DNA of 64,000 nt from Polyangiales bacterium (GTDB taxonomy: Bacteria > Myxococcota_A > Polyangia > Polyangiales > Ga0077539). The notes under the pieces were generated by a model. The model had not been told where the DNA came from, did not search any database, and was given only the letters and a program-made list of their open reading frames with translations. Below are positions 9,893 to 19,285 of this stretch, in pieces. Location of the stretch: the NCBI GenBank assembly GCA_044229975.1, contig JBGARZ010000007.1, positions 224,001 through 288,000 of the forward strand, in the 5' to 3' direction. How positions within the stretch are numbered: position 1 is the first letter of the stretch; every line of letters starts with the position of its first letter. The translations under genes were made by a program, and so were the position numbers.

Positions 9893-11539
9893 GTGACCCA
9901 CGTACGCCTCGCCTCAGCGCTCCTGATCTCTTCCCTCGGCTGCGCCTCGGCGCGACCCGTGGTGGTTGCTCCCGTCGCTGCCGCGGTGGTCCCCGTCGAC
10001 GCGCCCGCCGAGGCCCTCGCATGGGGAGACACCCGCGCGACGCTCGATCGCACCGCGGTCCGCGACCACGACGGACGACCTGCGCGCCGCTACGCCATCG
10101 AGCTCACGGCGGGGCAGCGGGTGTACTTCGTGATGCGCTCCAGCGACGTCGACTCGCGCCTCGTGCTCGACGGACCCACCGGCCTCCACGTCGACAACGA
10201 CGACGCCTTCCCCGGCAACAACGACTCCGCCGTGATGATCGTCGTGCCCGCCGCGGGTCGCTACACGGTGACGGCGACCACCGTCGGTCGCAACCAGTCG
10301 GGCGCCTTCACGCTGCGCGCGGAGAGGCTCACGGCGGCGAGCGAGGGCGACGCCATCACCCTCGGCGCCACGGCGGACGCGACGCTCGAAGCGCGGCCCG
10401 CGCAGTGGATGCCCGGTCGGCGCTTTCACTTCGAGGCGCGCGGTGGGGCGCGGGTCCGGCTGCGTGTGACGTCGACGGACTTCGACACGGTCGCCACGGT
10501 GCTCGGGCCGCGCGGCGAGACCTGGATCAACGACGACGCCAACGACCTCGGACCTGACCGTCGCGATCGCCCGCTCGACAGCACGCTGGACGTGGTGATC
10601 CCCGAGAGCGGCACCTACCACCTCGTGGTGACGTCCTACGGGGGACAGGCCATCGGGCGCTTTCACGTCGCGACGAGCGAGCGACCGCCGGTCATCCTGC
10701 GCGCAGGCGAGAACGTCCCGACCGAGGGATACGCCGGGGCCGACGGGCGCGGCCGGGTGCTCGGTCTGTACGCGGGCATCACGGCGTACACCGGCCACTC
10801 GACGCTCTACGGGTGCGCCGACGACGCGCGTTTCCTCGGCGAGGCGATGCGGCGCTCGCACCTCCAGGGAGCGGCCGATCAGGAGGTTCTGGTCGACGCT
10901 GGCGCAACGCGCGCGGCCTTCCTCGCGGGGCTCTCGCGACTCGCGGCGCGGGCGCGACCCGAGGACGTGGTGGTGGTGTTCTTCTCGGGGCACGGCAACG
11001 TGCGACCGGCGCCGGAGGGAGACCGCACCGAGCTCGACGGCGTCGACGAGACCATCGAGCTCATCGACGGTCCCATCGCCGACACGGAGGTCGTCGCGGC
11101 GCTCGCGGGGTTGCGTGCGGGCACGGCGATCATGGCGCTGGACTCCTGCCACGCCGGCGGATTTGCGGACGACTGGGTCACGGCACCAGGGCGCATCGGG
11201 CTCTTCTCCTCCGACGCCGACGTGCTGTCGGACACGGCCGAACCCCGGCGCGCGGGCGGATATCTCTCGTGGTACCTGCGACGCGCGGTGCTGGGCGAAG
11301 CCGACGCGCGTCCGCGGGATGGCGTTCTGCAGGCGGGAGAGCTGACGGACTACCTCTACGCGGGCTTCCTCACCGACCATGCGCGGATGAACCCCGCGGT
11401 GGGCAACGATCCGTATCAGCGGCTGGTGACGGCGCGCGGGAGCGTCCCGTGGACGCAGGCGTTGTGGACGTACCCGCGCGGGAGCGACGGGGCGCTGGCG
11501 CCAGTGCCAACGGTGCCGCTCACGTCACCGGCGCCGTGA
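9893..11539 (+). CDS. Lipoprotein with two pre-peptidase C-terminal (PPC)-like domains and a C-terminal caspase-like (peptidase C14) domain
   Basis: Signal peptide with LGC lipobox; repeated DSRLVLDGP..DNDD / DTVATVLGP..INDD modules; LYGCADDA, FSGHG and DSCH dyad motifs. Confidence 0.85.
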   Translation: MTHVRLASALLISSLGCASARPVVVAPVAAAVVPVDAPAEALAWGDTRATLDRTAVRDHDGRPARRYAIELTAGQRVYFVMRSSDVDSRLVLDGPTGLHVDNDDAFPGNNDSAVMIVVPAAGRYTVTATTVGRNQSGAFTLRAERLTAASEGDAITLGATADATLEARPAQWMPGRRFHFEARGGARVRLRVTSTDFDTVATVLGPRGETWINDDANDLGPDRRDRPLDSTLDVVIPESGTYHLVVTSYGGQAIGRFHVATSERPPVILRAGENVPTEGYAGADGRGRVLGLYAGITAYTGHSTLYGCADDARFLGEAMRRSHLQGAADQEVLVDAGATRAAFLAGLSRLAARARPEDVVVVFFSGHGNVRPAPEGDRTELDGVDETIELIDGPIADTEVVAALAGLRAGTAIMALDSCHAGGFADDWVTAPGRIGLFSSDADVLSDTAEPRRAGGYLSWYLRRAVLGEADARPRDGVLQAGELTDYLYAGFLTDHARMNPAVGNDPYQRLVTARGSVPWTQALWTYPRGSDGALAPVPTVPLTSPAP

Positions 11540-12521
11540 GGGCGATCGGGTCGAGGTGTGCCTCGACGAAGCGCGCGAGCTCCTTCGCCGCGGCCGCCGC
11601 GCTCGGGTGAAACGCCGCGAAGACCGCCGCGTTGTGGGGCATGCCGGGCGCCACGTAGAGGGTCACGTCGACTCCCGCGCGCTTCATCCGATCGGCGAGC
11701 GCCACGATGTCGTCGTGCAGGATCTCCGCGTCGCCGCCCTCGATGAGCGTGGGCGGCAGCCCGTCGAGCCTTCCGTACGCGGGCGACACCCGCGGGTCGT
11801 CGAGCGGAACATCCCCCGCGAAGGCCCGCGCCTGTCGGTCGAGCACCGCGCGCGTGCCGTAGTCGCAGTCGGCGTTGGTCTTGTACGACGCGCCCGGCAT
11901 GGTCAGGTCGGCCCACGGTGACATCAACACGAGGGCGCGCGGCTGCGGTCCGCCGCGGTCGCGCAGGGCCATCGCGAGGACGAGCGCGAGGTTGCCGCCC
12001 GCGGAGTCACCGGCCAGGACGACGTCCTCCGCGGCGACGCCACCTGCGACGAGTGCGTCGAAGGCGGCGAGCGCGTCGTCGCGCTGCGCGGGGAAGGGGT
12101 GCTCCGGCGCGAGGCGGTACTCGGGGGCGACGACCCGGGTGCCGCTCTCCACGGCGAGTCGCGCGATGGCCTCCGCGTGGGTCGTGCGCGCGGAGCCGAA
12201 GAGGTACGAGCCGCCGTGGAAGAACAACACCACCCCGCGCCGACGCACCTCGCGCGGGGCGAAGGACACCGCCGTGACGCCTCCCAGCGTCTCGTCGCGC
12301 AGCGCGACGCGGCGCGCGAAGTCCTTGGGGTAGGGGCGGGCGTTCATGTCGGCGCGGAGCTGTGGGTAGGGCCACGCGGCGGTGTCGTCCGAGTCGCGGC
12401 GCAGGTACGCTACGGTCCCCTCGAACATGAACGACCAGCCGGGCCGCAGCGGTCCGCGCGACCAGCGCGAGCGGAGCACGGCGAAGAACGTGAGCACGAA
12501 GAGTCGGAGGGCGCGCAGCAT
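11520..12521 (-). CDS. Alpha/beta hydrolase (HSL-family esterase/lipase)
   Basis: HGGSY, YRLAPEHPFPA, GDSAGG nucleophile motif. Confidence 0.93.
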   Translation of the reverse strand: MLRALRLFVLTFFAVLRSRWSRGPLRPGWSFMFEGTVAYLRRDSDDTAAWPYPQLRADMNARPYPKDFARRVALRDETLGGVTAVSFAPREVRRRGVVLFFHGGSYLFGSARTTHAEAIARLAVESGTRVVAPEYRLAPEHPFPAQRDDALAAFDALVAGGVAAEDVVLAGDSAGGNLALVLAMALRDRGGPQPRALVLMSPWADLTMPGASYKTNADCDYGTRAVLDRQARAFAGDVPLDDPRVSPAYGRLDGLPPTLIEGGDAEILHDDIVALADRMKRAGVDVTLYVAPGMPHNAAVFAAFHPSAAAAAKELARFVEAHLDPIALTAPVT

Positions 12522-12636
12522 GGTGGATGCCCCGGAGGATGGGGGCGACGGGGCGGGGGGTTCCAGGCCCGGCGCGCCAGATCGCAGGGCCTCGCGCGCC
12601 ATCGACGCGACCGACCACGGCGGGGTCTCCGGTCGC

Positions 12637-13587
12637 ATGACCATGCGGGTGCTGCGTCTGCTCGAAGACCGCGGGCACCCGGCGACGGAGGTGTGTCGTC
12701 GATGGGGTCTGCCGCACGCGACGCTCGTCGACCCCGACGCGCGCGTCGACTACGCCACGAGCGACCGCCTCGTCGAAGCCGCCGTCACGCTGCTCGGCGC
12801 GGAGGGCCTGGGGCTCGCGATCGCGGGCGTCCACGACGACCGCACCTACGACGCCGCGGGCTTCGTGCTGATGACGGCGGCGACCTTCGGCGAGGGGCTG
12901 GAGCGCGCCTTCGCGTACCAGCGACTCTGGGGCGACGGCGAGCGCTTCACGCTGCACCACGGTGTCGACGAGGTGGCCGTGCGTTTCCGGCACCCGGGGT
13001 CGAGCGACGTGGCCCGCGCGGTGTTGTCGGAGCTGGCGTTGCTGGAGACGCTCGGGGGCGCGAAGGCGCTGGTCGACCCCATGGTGGTGCCGGTGGCGGT
13101 GACCTTCGCGCACGCGCCGCTCGGGCCCACCGACGCGCTGTGCATGGCCTTCGGTGTCGAGCCCGTCTTCGGCGCCGCGGTCGACGAGATCAGGCTGCCG
13201 CGCGAGCTCGTCGATCGGCCGATGCAGGTGCCGCGGGAGCTGTTGTTGAGGGCGTTCGACAGGCAGGCGCAGCGGTCGCTGGAGGCGCTGCCCGAGCGGC
13301 CGTCGTTCGCGGCGCGGGTGCGGGCCGCGTGCGAGGGGCCCGACGGTCTCTCGCTCGACGTCGGTGGGGCGGCGCGACGACTGCGCGTGAGCCCACGAAC
13401 GCTGCAACGCCGACTCTCAGCGGAGGCGACGACCTTCGCGGAGGTTATCGACGGGCTGCGCCGAGAGCGCGTCGAGCGACTGCTGGCGAGGGGCGGGCGC
13501 TTGAAGGAGGTGGCTTTCCTGGTGGGCTTCGCGGACGCGAGCGCGCTGACGAGAGCTCGCGCGCGCTGGGCCCAACAGCGTGGGTGA
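12637..13587 (+). CDS. AraC family transcriptional regulator
   Basis: SPRTLQRRL and EVAFLVGFADASALTRA HTH motifs; divergent from the esterase; start codon uncertain. Confidence 0.9.
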   Translation: MTMRVLRLLEDRGHPATEVCRRWGLPHATLVDPDARVDYATSDRLVEAAVTLLGAEGLGLAIAGVHDDRTYDAAGFVLMTAATFGEGLERAFAYQRLWGDGERFTLHHGVDEVAVRFRHPGSSDVARAVLSELALLETLGGAKALVDPMVVPVAVTFAHAPLGPTDALCMAFGVEPVFGAAVDEIRLPRELVDRPMQVPRELLLRAFDRQAQRSLEALPERPSFAARVRAACEGPDGLSLDVGGAARRLRVSPRTLQRRLSAEATTFAEVIDGLRRERVERLLARGGRLKEVAFLVGFADASALTRARARWAQQRG

Positions 13588-13588
13588 G

Positions 13589-13846
13589 GCACACCGGGGT
13601 GCGCCGGAGTTCGCGTGACCCCACGCGTCGAAGTGCAGTCGCTCACTCCGGGCTATTTCACGTTGTCACCTCGCTACGCGAGGTTGCAAAAACGCTCCGT
13701 TGCCGATGAGCGAATCGAAGGGTTGTTCGTCAAGGCCAGTGCTGCAACCTCGCGTAGCGAGGTGACAACGTGAAATAGCCCGGAGTGAGCGACTGCACTT
13801 CGACGCGTGGGGTCACGCGAACTCCGGCGCACACCGGGGTGCGCCG
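13589..13846. repeat. Long inverted repeat (100-bp arms, 54-bp spacer), REP-doublet/MITE-like
   Basis: 13589-13688 pairs with 13743-13842 (inner 90 bp perfect, 2 outer mismatches); 18-bp direct repeat gcacaccggggtgcgccg at 13589 and 13829. Confidence 0.92.
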
Positions 13847-13849
13847 AGA

Positions 13850-15247
13850 TCAGTCCGGGCTCAACAGCACGGTGCCGTTGGACGAGCGCACCGAGCGGCG
13901 CGCGGGCGCGTGATTGCGTCGACGCGCGGGGCCGGCCGCGACGGGTATCGGCGCCACCGGGTTGATCGGCTCGGGCTCTGGCATCGCGACCGGCGGCGGT
14001 GCTGGCAGCGGAGGCGCGGGCGCGATCTCGACCGGCGGAGCGATCACCGCCGGAGCGACCTCGGCGACCGTCGGGTTGGACGCCGGGCGCGCGAGCCACC
14101 ACACGCCCACGATCGCCAGCAGGCCAACCGCGATGATGCCCGTGACGAGCGCGCCGTTGCCGACCGCCGGGCGCGGCGCGTATTGCGGCTGCGGCGACGG
14201 CAGCGACGAGGGCGGCGCGATGGCCGTCATCGCCACCGTGGGCGCCGCGAGGGGAAGGCCCGCGGGCGCCGGCGTGTACGACACCCGCGTCGGGGGAATG
14301 ACGTGCGAGCTGGCGGGCAGCGACGCGCGCAGATCGTCGAGGAGCGCCCGCGCGTTGGGGTGACGATCGGGCGCCATCACGGCGAGCGCGCGCTTGAGAA
14401 CGGGCTCCCAGGCGCCGACGTCGACGCCGAAGCGGGCGGGCGTCGGGCGCACGGGGGAGAGCACGTCGGCGAAGAGCGCGGTGGGGTCGTGGCGCGCGTA
14501 CGGGGGGCGGCCGGTGAGGGCCTCGACGGTGATGAGGGCGAGCGCGTGCACGTCGGTCCACGGGCCGGTGCGGGTGCCGCTCACCTGCTCGGGCGCCGCG
14601 TACTCCGGTGAAAACGCGCGGAAGGCAGCCTGCGTGGCGGTGTGCCCCGAGCCGCTGCGCTCGCCGCCGTCGACCATCTTGGCGATGCCGAAGTCGAGCA
14701 CCCGCAGCGACGCGGCGCCGCGGCGGTCTCGCGCGAGGAAGAGGTTGGCCGGCTTGATGTCGCGGTGGGCGACGCCCTCTTCGTGCGCGTAGGCGAGCGC
14801 CTCGAACGCCGGCAGCATCAGCGCGAGCACCTCCGCGGGCGAGCGCCCCTGCGGTCGCGCCGCGAGCTCGACGTCGAGCGTGACGCCCTCCAGCCACTCC
14901 AGCGCCATCCAGGGCGCCTGTCGTCCGTCGGGCATGGTCGACGCGCCCGAGTCGAGCACGCGCACGATGGCCGGGTGCTCGATGCGGGCGATGGTGCGCG
15001 CCTCCTCCTCGAACTTCGCCATGAAGGCCCGCAGCGCCCCGTCGGAGAGGTGATCGGGGACCTTCAATACCTTGAGCGCGACGGCCTTCTGGAGCGTTCG
15101 GTGGAGGCCGCGGTAGACCACCGCGAAGCCCCCTTCGGCGATGGCGGCCTCGACGTCGTACTTCCCTTCGAGGCGCGTCCCCACCAGCCCGAAGAGGTCG
15201 ACCGTCGCCGACGCGCGGGGGGCTCCGATGTCACCGCTTCTCTCCAT
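13850..15247 (-). CDS. Membrane-anchored Hanks-type Ser/Thr protein kinase
   Basis: AEGGFAVVY, VALKVL, HRDIKPANLF, DFGIAK, YAAPEQ; TM helix and Pro-rich tail. Confidence 0.95.
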   Translation of the reverse strand: MERSGDIGAPRASATVDLFGLVGTRLEGKYDVEAAIAEGGFAVVYRGLHRTLQKAVALKVLKVPDHLSDGALRAFMAKFEEEARTIARIEHPAIVRVLDSGASTMPDGRQAPWMALEWLEGVTLDVELAARPQGRSPAEVLALMLPAFEALAYAHEEGVAHRDIKPANLFLARDRRGAASLRVLDFGIAKMVDGGERSGSGHTATQAAFRAFSPEYAAPEQVSGTRTGPWTDVHALALITVEALTGRPPYARHDPTALFADVLSPVRPTPARFGVDVGAWEPVLKRALAVMAPDRHPNARALLDDLRASLPASSHVIPPTRVSYTPAPAGLPLAAPTVAMTAIAPPSSLPSPQPQYAPRPAVGNGALVTGIIAVGLLAIVGVWWLARPASNPTVAEVAPAVIAPPVEIAPAPPLPAPPPVAMPEPEPINPVAPIPVAAGPARRRNHAPARRSVRSSNGTVLLSPD

Positions 15248-15348
15248 GCATCCCGCGTCGCTCGCGCACTAGATCACCCCGCGAAACGCAGTGTCAACAC
15301 GCTCTACCTTGCGTCGGTCGCGGCCTGCTCGGTAGCGTCGACCCTGCA

Positions 15349-16746
15349 ATGAGCGCGCAGGACAGGAGGCACTCCGACCCGCCGCCGGGGACCAACCACG
15401 CGCACCATTTCCTCTCGCGCCTCGACCGCATCTCCGCCGAGGAGACGGCGCTCGCGCTCGCGCTCTACCGCGACCCGGCGATCTTGCGGTACGTCATCGA
15501 GCAGGCCGCGCCCGACCCGGCGAGCGAGCGCGTGGCCATCTCGCTCGACGGCCCCGACGGGCCCTTCGTGATCGTCACGCGCGAGGCGCGCTTCGTCACC
15601 TGCCTCGCGCGCGGCATGGACCCCTACGACACCGCGGTGGTCGCGCGCCGCGACCTCGACCGCTGCGCCGTGAGCTTCGAGCGGTTGCGGGTCGCCATGG
15701 AGCGAGCCCGCGTCGTCTCGCAGGACTCCCAGCGCATGCGCGCGGCCTTCCAGGCGCTGTACTTCGCGGGCGATCGCCTGAGCCGCGAGGACGTGGAGAT
15801 CGTCCTCGGGCTGCGCACGCTCATGCTGTCGCGCTACGTCCGCGACCTCCTCGACACCGAAGACCACGTGGTGGTCGCCCTCGACGAGCTCAAGCGCCGC
15901 ACGCGCTTCCGCGCCGAGGAGCACGGCCGGCTGCACGCCGTCTGGCAGAGCGCGTGGGCCGTCGGTCACCTGCTGCCGCTGCTGGCCGACGAGTCCCTCG
16001 AAGAGTGTCGACGCTACTCGGGCATCGAGTGCTCGCTCGAAGAGTGCTTCGCGGACTTCGCGTGGTCCGGCGTTCGGCTGGGCAACACGGCCCTCGCGCT
16101 GCGCGGGGTCTGGTGCGCCGCGCGCATGGGTCGCGTGTGCGTGGGTCAGCTCGCGAAGCAGGCGCGCACGTCCATCATCCACCTGGAGCAGATCGGCTCC
16201 ATCTGGGCGCTGGTCGGCGCGGCGGTGCGCTACCCCGACCTGCGCGAGCGGGTCGAGCGCTGCCTCGACTGGCTGGTGGCAGCGAAGCAGCCGTACATCG
16301 AAGGGGTCGCCGCGAAGGCCGCGGCCGCGCTGCGCGATCGCCTCGCGCTCGGCCCGGCGTGGGAAGCGAAGGCCGTGGAGAGCCTGCGCGCGGGGACCTT
16401 TCTCAGCGGGGCGAGCGTGAGCTTCGACGGCTACGACGACGACGCGGTGCTCGCGTGGCACGCCTGCTACGAGGTGGGCATCCGCGACCCGCAGGCGTCC
16501 GACCTGATGGCGGTGCTGGTCCCGTGGTTCGCGGTGCGCGAGCCCGAAACGATGTACCAGCGCGAGGCGGTGGCGCGGCGCCTACAGATCCCGTGGGACG
16601 TGGCGGCCACCGAGATGCTCATCACCCACTACCGTCGGCTCTGGGCGTCGGATGTTCCGGTGAGCGTCGCCCCGACGCAGGGCCGCAACGAGCGGTGCTC
16701 GTGCGGGAGCGGGAAGAAGTTCAAGAAGTGCTGCGGGGGGAAGTGA
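15349..16746 (+). CDS. SEC-C metal-binding motif protein
   Basis: C-terminal GRNERCSCGSGKKFKKCC; large unassigned N-terminal region. Confidence 0.85.
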   Translation: MSAQDRRHSDPPPGTNHAHHFLSRLDRISAEETALALALYRDPAILRYVIEQAAPDPASERVAISLDGPDGPFVIVTREARFVTCLARGMDPYDTAVVARRDLDRCAVSFERLRVAMERARVVSQDSQRMRAAFQALYFAGDRLSREDVEIVLGLRTLMLSRYVRDLLDTEDHVVVALDELKRRTRFRAEEHGRLHAVWQSAWAVGHLLPLLADESLEECRRYSGIECSLEECFADFAWSGVRLGNTALALRGVWCAARMGRVCVGQLAKQARTSIIHLEQIGSIWALVGAAVRYPDLRERVERCLDWLVAAKQPYIEGVAAKAAAALRDRLALGPAWEAKAVESLRAGTFLSGASVSFDGYDDDAVLAWHACYEVGIRDPQASDLMAVLVPWFAVREPETMYQREAVARRLQIPWDVAATEMLITHYRRLWASDVPVSVAPTQGRNERCSCGSGKKFKKCCGGK

Positions 16747-16828
16747 GCGTGACGCGCCGAGGTCGCGCAGATCGCGCCGTCTCTGCTCAAGGCTCTCGCG
16801 AAACACTGTGAATAGAGGTGTTTCTCGT

Positions 16829-16844
16829 GGGTACGGCCGTTGCT
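16829..16844 (+). promoter_or_regulatory. Putative sigma54 (-24/-12) promoter
   Basis: gGGtacggccgttGCt, GG-N10-GC spacing, about 37 bp upstream of ATG 16881 with aaggag RBS. Confidence 0.55.
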
Positions 16845-16880
16845 GAAGAGCTCGGCGCATCACCCACAAGGAGACCCGCC

Positions 16881-17408
16881 ATGACCCTTCCGATCTTCCG
16901 CGTCCTCGTCGTCGCCGCTGCCCTCGCCGCCTGTGGCGGTGGCTCCTCCACCACCCTCGGCGGAGCGATTCCGGTGCTCGACACGCCGCGCTCCGAGATG
17001 CCTCCCACCATCGCAGGCCGATGGTTCTCCGGGAGCATCTCGTCGATCCAGTATCAGTCCGCGATCGACGGACAGTCGGCGCCCACCAACGGCTCGGGCT
17101 TCTACTTCATCATCGACGCCGACGGGGGCTACGAGTACGGCGCGCTGATCAGCTCGACCATCTACAACTGCTCGTCGCAGCTTCGCGGGGTCGAGCGCGG
17201 CACCGTCGTCCTCGACGGGGATTCGTTCGTCACGCATCGGCACGGCCGCGTGACGCACCTGACCAACACCTGCGGCCGCTCGGCCGACAGCTCGCTGGGG
17301 CCCGCGGTGGTCACGTACCGCTGGTCGCGCGACGACAGCTCCGGGCGCGAGCGCCTCACGCTGACGGCCTCCGACGGCAGCGCGACGACGTACAGCCGCT
17401 GGGAGTGA
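16881..17408 (+). CDS. Hypothetical lipoprotein (beta-barrel/lipocalin-like)
   Basis: LAAC lipobox; IAGRW motif and beta-rich sequence; aaggag RBS. Confidence 0.75.
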   Translation: MTLPIFRVLVVAAALAACGGGSSTTLGGAIPVLDTPRSEMPPTIAGRWFSGSISSIQYQSAIDGQSAPTNGSGFYFIIDADGGYEYGALISSTIYNCSSQLRGVERGTVVLDGDSFVTHRHGRVTHLTNTCGRSADSSLGPAVVTYRWSRDDSSGRERLTLTASDGSATTYSRWE

Positions 17409-17446
17409 GGAGCCTCCGCGGCGTTCGGGTATAGGTTGGGCGAGCC

Positions 17447-18235
17447 GTGCACCCACCGCCCGCGATCGCCCGCTTCTGCCTCGACGGCGCGCACGCCCGT
17501 GGTCCGTCGCGCGCGCACGTCATCGGCGTGTCGGGGCCGCAGGGCGGTGGGAAATCGACGCTCACCGCAGGGCTCGTGACGGCGATGGAGCGCGCGGGGC
17601 TGCGAGCCGTCACCGTGTCGGTCGACGACTTCTACCGGACGCACGCCGACCAGCGCGCCCTCGCCGCGCGACACCCTGGCGACCGCTGCCTCGAACACCG
17701 CGGCTACCCCGGAACGCACGACGTCGCGCTTGGTGATCGTGTCCTCGGCGCGCTCGCCTCGCAGCGATCTGGCTCTGTTGCCGTCCCGGTCTACGACAAG
17801 TCCCTGCACGGCGGACGCGGCGATCGCTCGCCGACGGAGTTTCGGGTCGAAGCGCCGCTCGACGTGGTCCTCGTCGAAGGATGGATGCTCGGGTTTCGCG
17901 CGCTGCCTCGCGACGTGTGCCCGCCGACGCTGCGCGCCACCAACGAATACCTCCCCGCGTACGCATCATGGACCGCCCGCCTCGACGCCTTCGTCCACCT
18001 CGTCGCGGGCGACCCGGCGTGGATCGTCGACTACCGCGTCGACGCCGAGCGGGCCCGCCGCGCGGCCGGACAGCCGGCGCTCTCGGACGACGAGGCGCGC
18101 GACTACATCGAGCGCTTCCTCCCCGCGTACGAGGCGTATGTTCCGCCGCTCGTCGCAGCGCCGCCGTGCGCGCGATGGCTGCGCGCGACGATCGGACCCG
18201 ACCGCGCGATCGTGTCGCTCACCGAGGTGGGTTGA
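17447..18235 (+). CDS. P-loop kinase, D-glycerate 3-kinase (GLYK/Tda10)-like
   Basis: SGPQGGGKST, SVDDFY, RGYPGTHD, PVYDKSLHGGRGDR, VEGWMLGF. Confidence 0.85.
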   Translation: MHPPPAIARFCLDGAHARGPSRAHVIGVSGPQGGGKSTLTAGLVTAMERAGLRAVTVSVDDFYRTHADQRALAARHPGDRCLEHRGYPGTHDVALGDRVLGALASQRSGSVAVPVYDKSLHGGRGDRSPTEFRVEAPLDVVLVEGWMLGFRALPRDVCPPTLRATNEYLPAYASWTARLDAFVHLVAGDPAWIVDYRVDAERARRAAGQPALSDDEARDYIERFLPAYEAYVPPLVAAPPCARWLRATIGPDRAIVSLTEVG

Positions 18236-18291
18236 ACCACGGCGAGCGCGGCGGTTGAGCAGGCGTCGGCACGGACGTACGGTCGCGCCCG

Positions 18292-19272
18292 ATGCGCAAC
18301 ACCGTCGTCTGGACCCTGGGCCTCTTCGTCGGGCTCGCCGCGTGCGACGACTCCACCAGCACCCCGCGTACGCCCGCGGTCGATGCGGCGATGGACGCAC
18401 CCGTCGCCGTCGACGTGCCCGTCGTGGTCGATGTTCCCGCGGTCGATGTGCCTGCGGCGCGTGAGTGCGACACGCCCGATGCGTGCACCTGGATCGAGTC
18501 GTACCAGCGCGAGGTGATCGGTCGTCTCGCGGGCCGCGAGGAGATCTCCCCCGGCGTGACGCTCGCCCACCGCGCCTCGGTCGCCGAGCGCGCCGCGGCT
18601 CGCACGTACCTCCGCGACGCCCTCGCTGCGCGCGGGCTCAACGCAGAGCTACGGGCCTACACCACTGGGCAAAACGTCGTGGCCAGCCTGCCCGCCACGA
18701 CCGGCGCGACAACCGCGCGCATCGTCGTCGGCGCGCACTACGACAGCGTGCCCGCGGGGCCGGGCGCTGCCGACGACGGAACCGGCGTGGCCATCGTGCT
18801 GGCCGCCGCGCGCTACCTCGCGACGCTGCCGCGCCGTGACCACCCGATCGACTTCGTGCTCTTCGACCAGGAGGAGATCGGCCTCGTGGGAAGCGCGGTC
18901 TACGCGGGAGCGCTGACGAGCGATGGGGCCGCGGTCGACAGCGTGCACTGCTTCGACATGGTGAGCTTCGACGGCGACGGCGACGGCGCGGTCGAGCTGT
19001 GGTCGCCCTCCGCCGGGCTCGAAGACCTCTATCGCCTTCACGGCACCCCACGGAGCATTCCCGTCCACGCGGTGACCTTCGCGTCGAGCGACCACCAGTC
19101 GTTTCTGCGGCGGGGGTTTGCGGCGGTCGGGGTCGGCGAGGAGTTCGTCGGCGGTGACCACACGCCGCACTACCACCGCGCGACCGATACGTTCGACCGC
19201 ATCGACTTCGCCTACCTCGGGCGCATCACCCGCCTCGCGTTCGACGTGCTCGCCGACCGAGTGGTCGATTGA
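18292..19272 (+). CDS. M28 family metallopeptidase lipoprotein
   Basis: LAAC lipobox; GAHYDS, GAADDGTG, DQEEIGLVGS, SDHQSF, YHRATD. Confidence 0.92.
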   Translation: MRNTVVWTLGLFVGLAACDDSTSTPRTPAVDAAMDAPVAVDVPVVVDVPAVDVPAARECDTPDACTWIESYQREVIGRLAGREEISPGVTLAHRASVAERAAARTYLRDALAARGLNAELRAYTTGQNVVASLPATTGATTARIVVGAHYDSVPAGPGAADDGTGVAIVLAAARYLATLPRRDHPIDFVLFDQEEIGLVGSAVYAGALTSDGAAVDSVHCFDMVSFDGDGDGAVELWSPSAGLEDLYRLHGTPRSIPVHAVTFASSDHQSFLRRGFAAVGVGEEFVGGDHTPHYHRATDTFDRIDFAYLGRITRLAFDVLADRVVD

Positions 19273-19285
19273 GACGTTCTGCGGT

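Noticed and set aside
13589..13846. Autonomous IS element or retron/DGR non-coding RNA
   Set aside because: No transposase or reverse transcriptase in the window; spacer is only 54 bp
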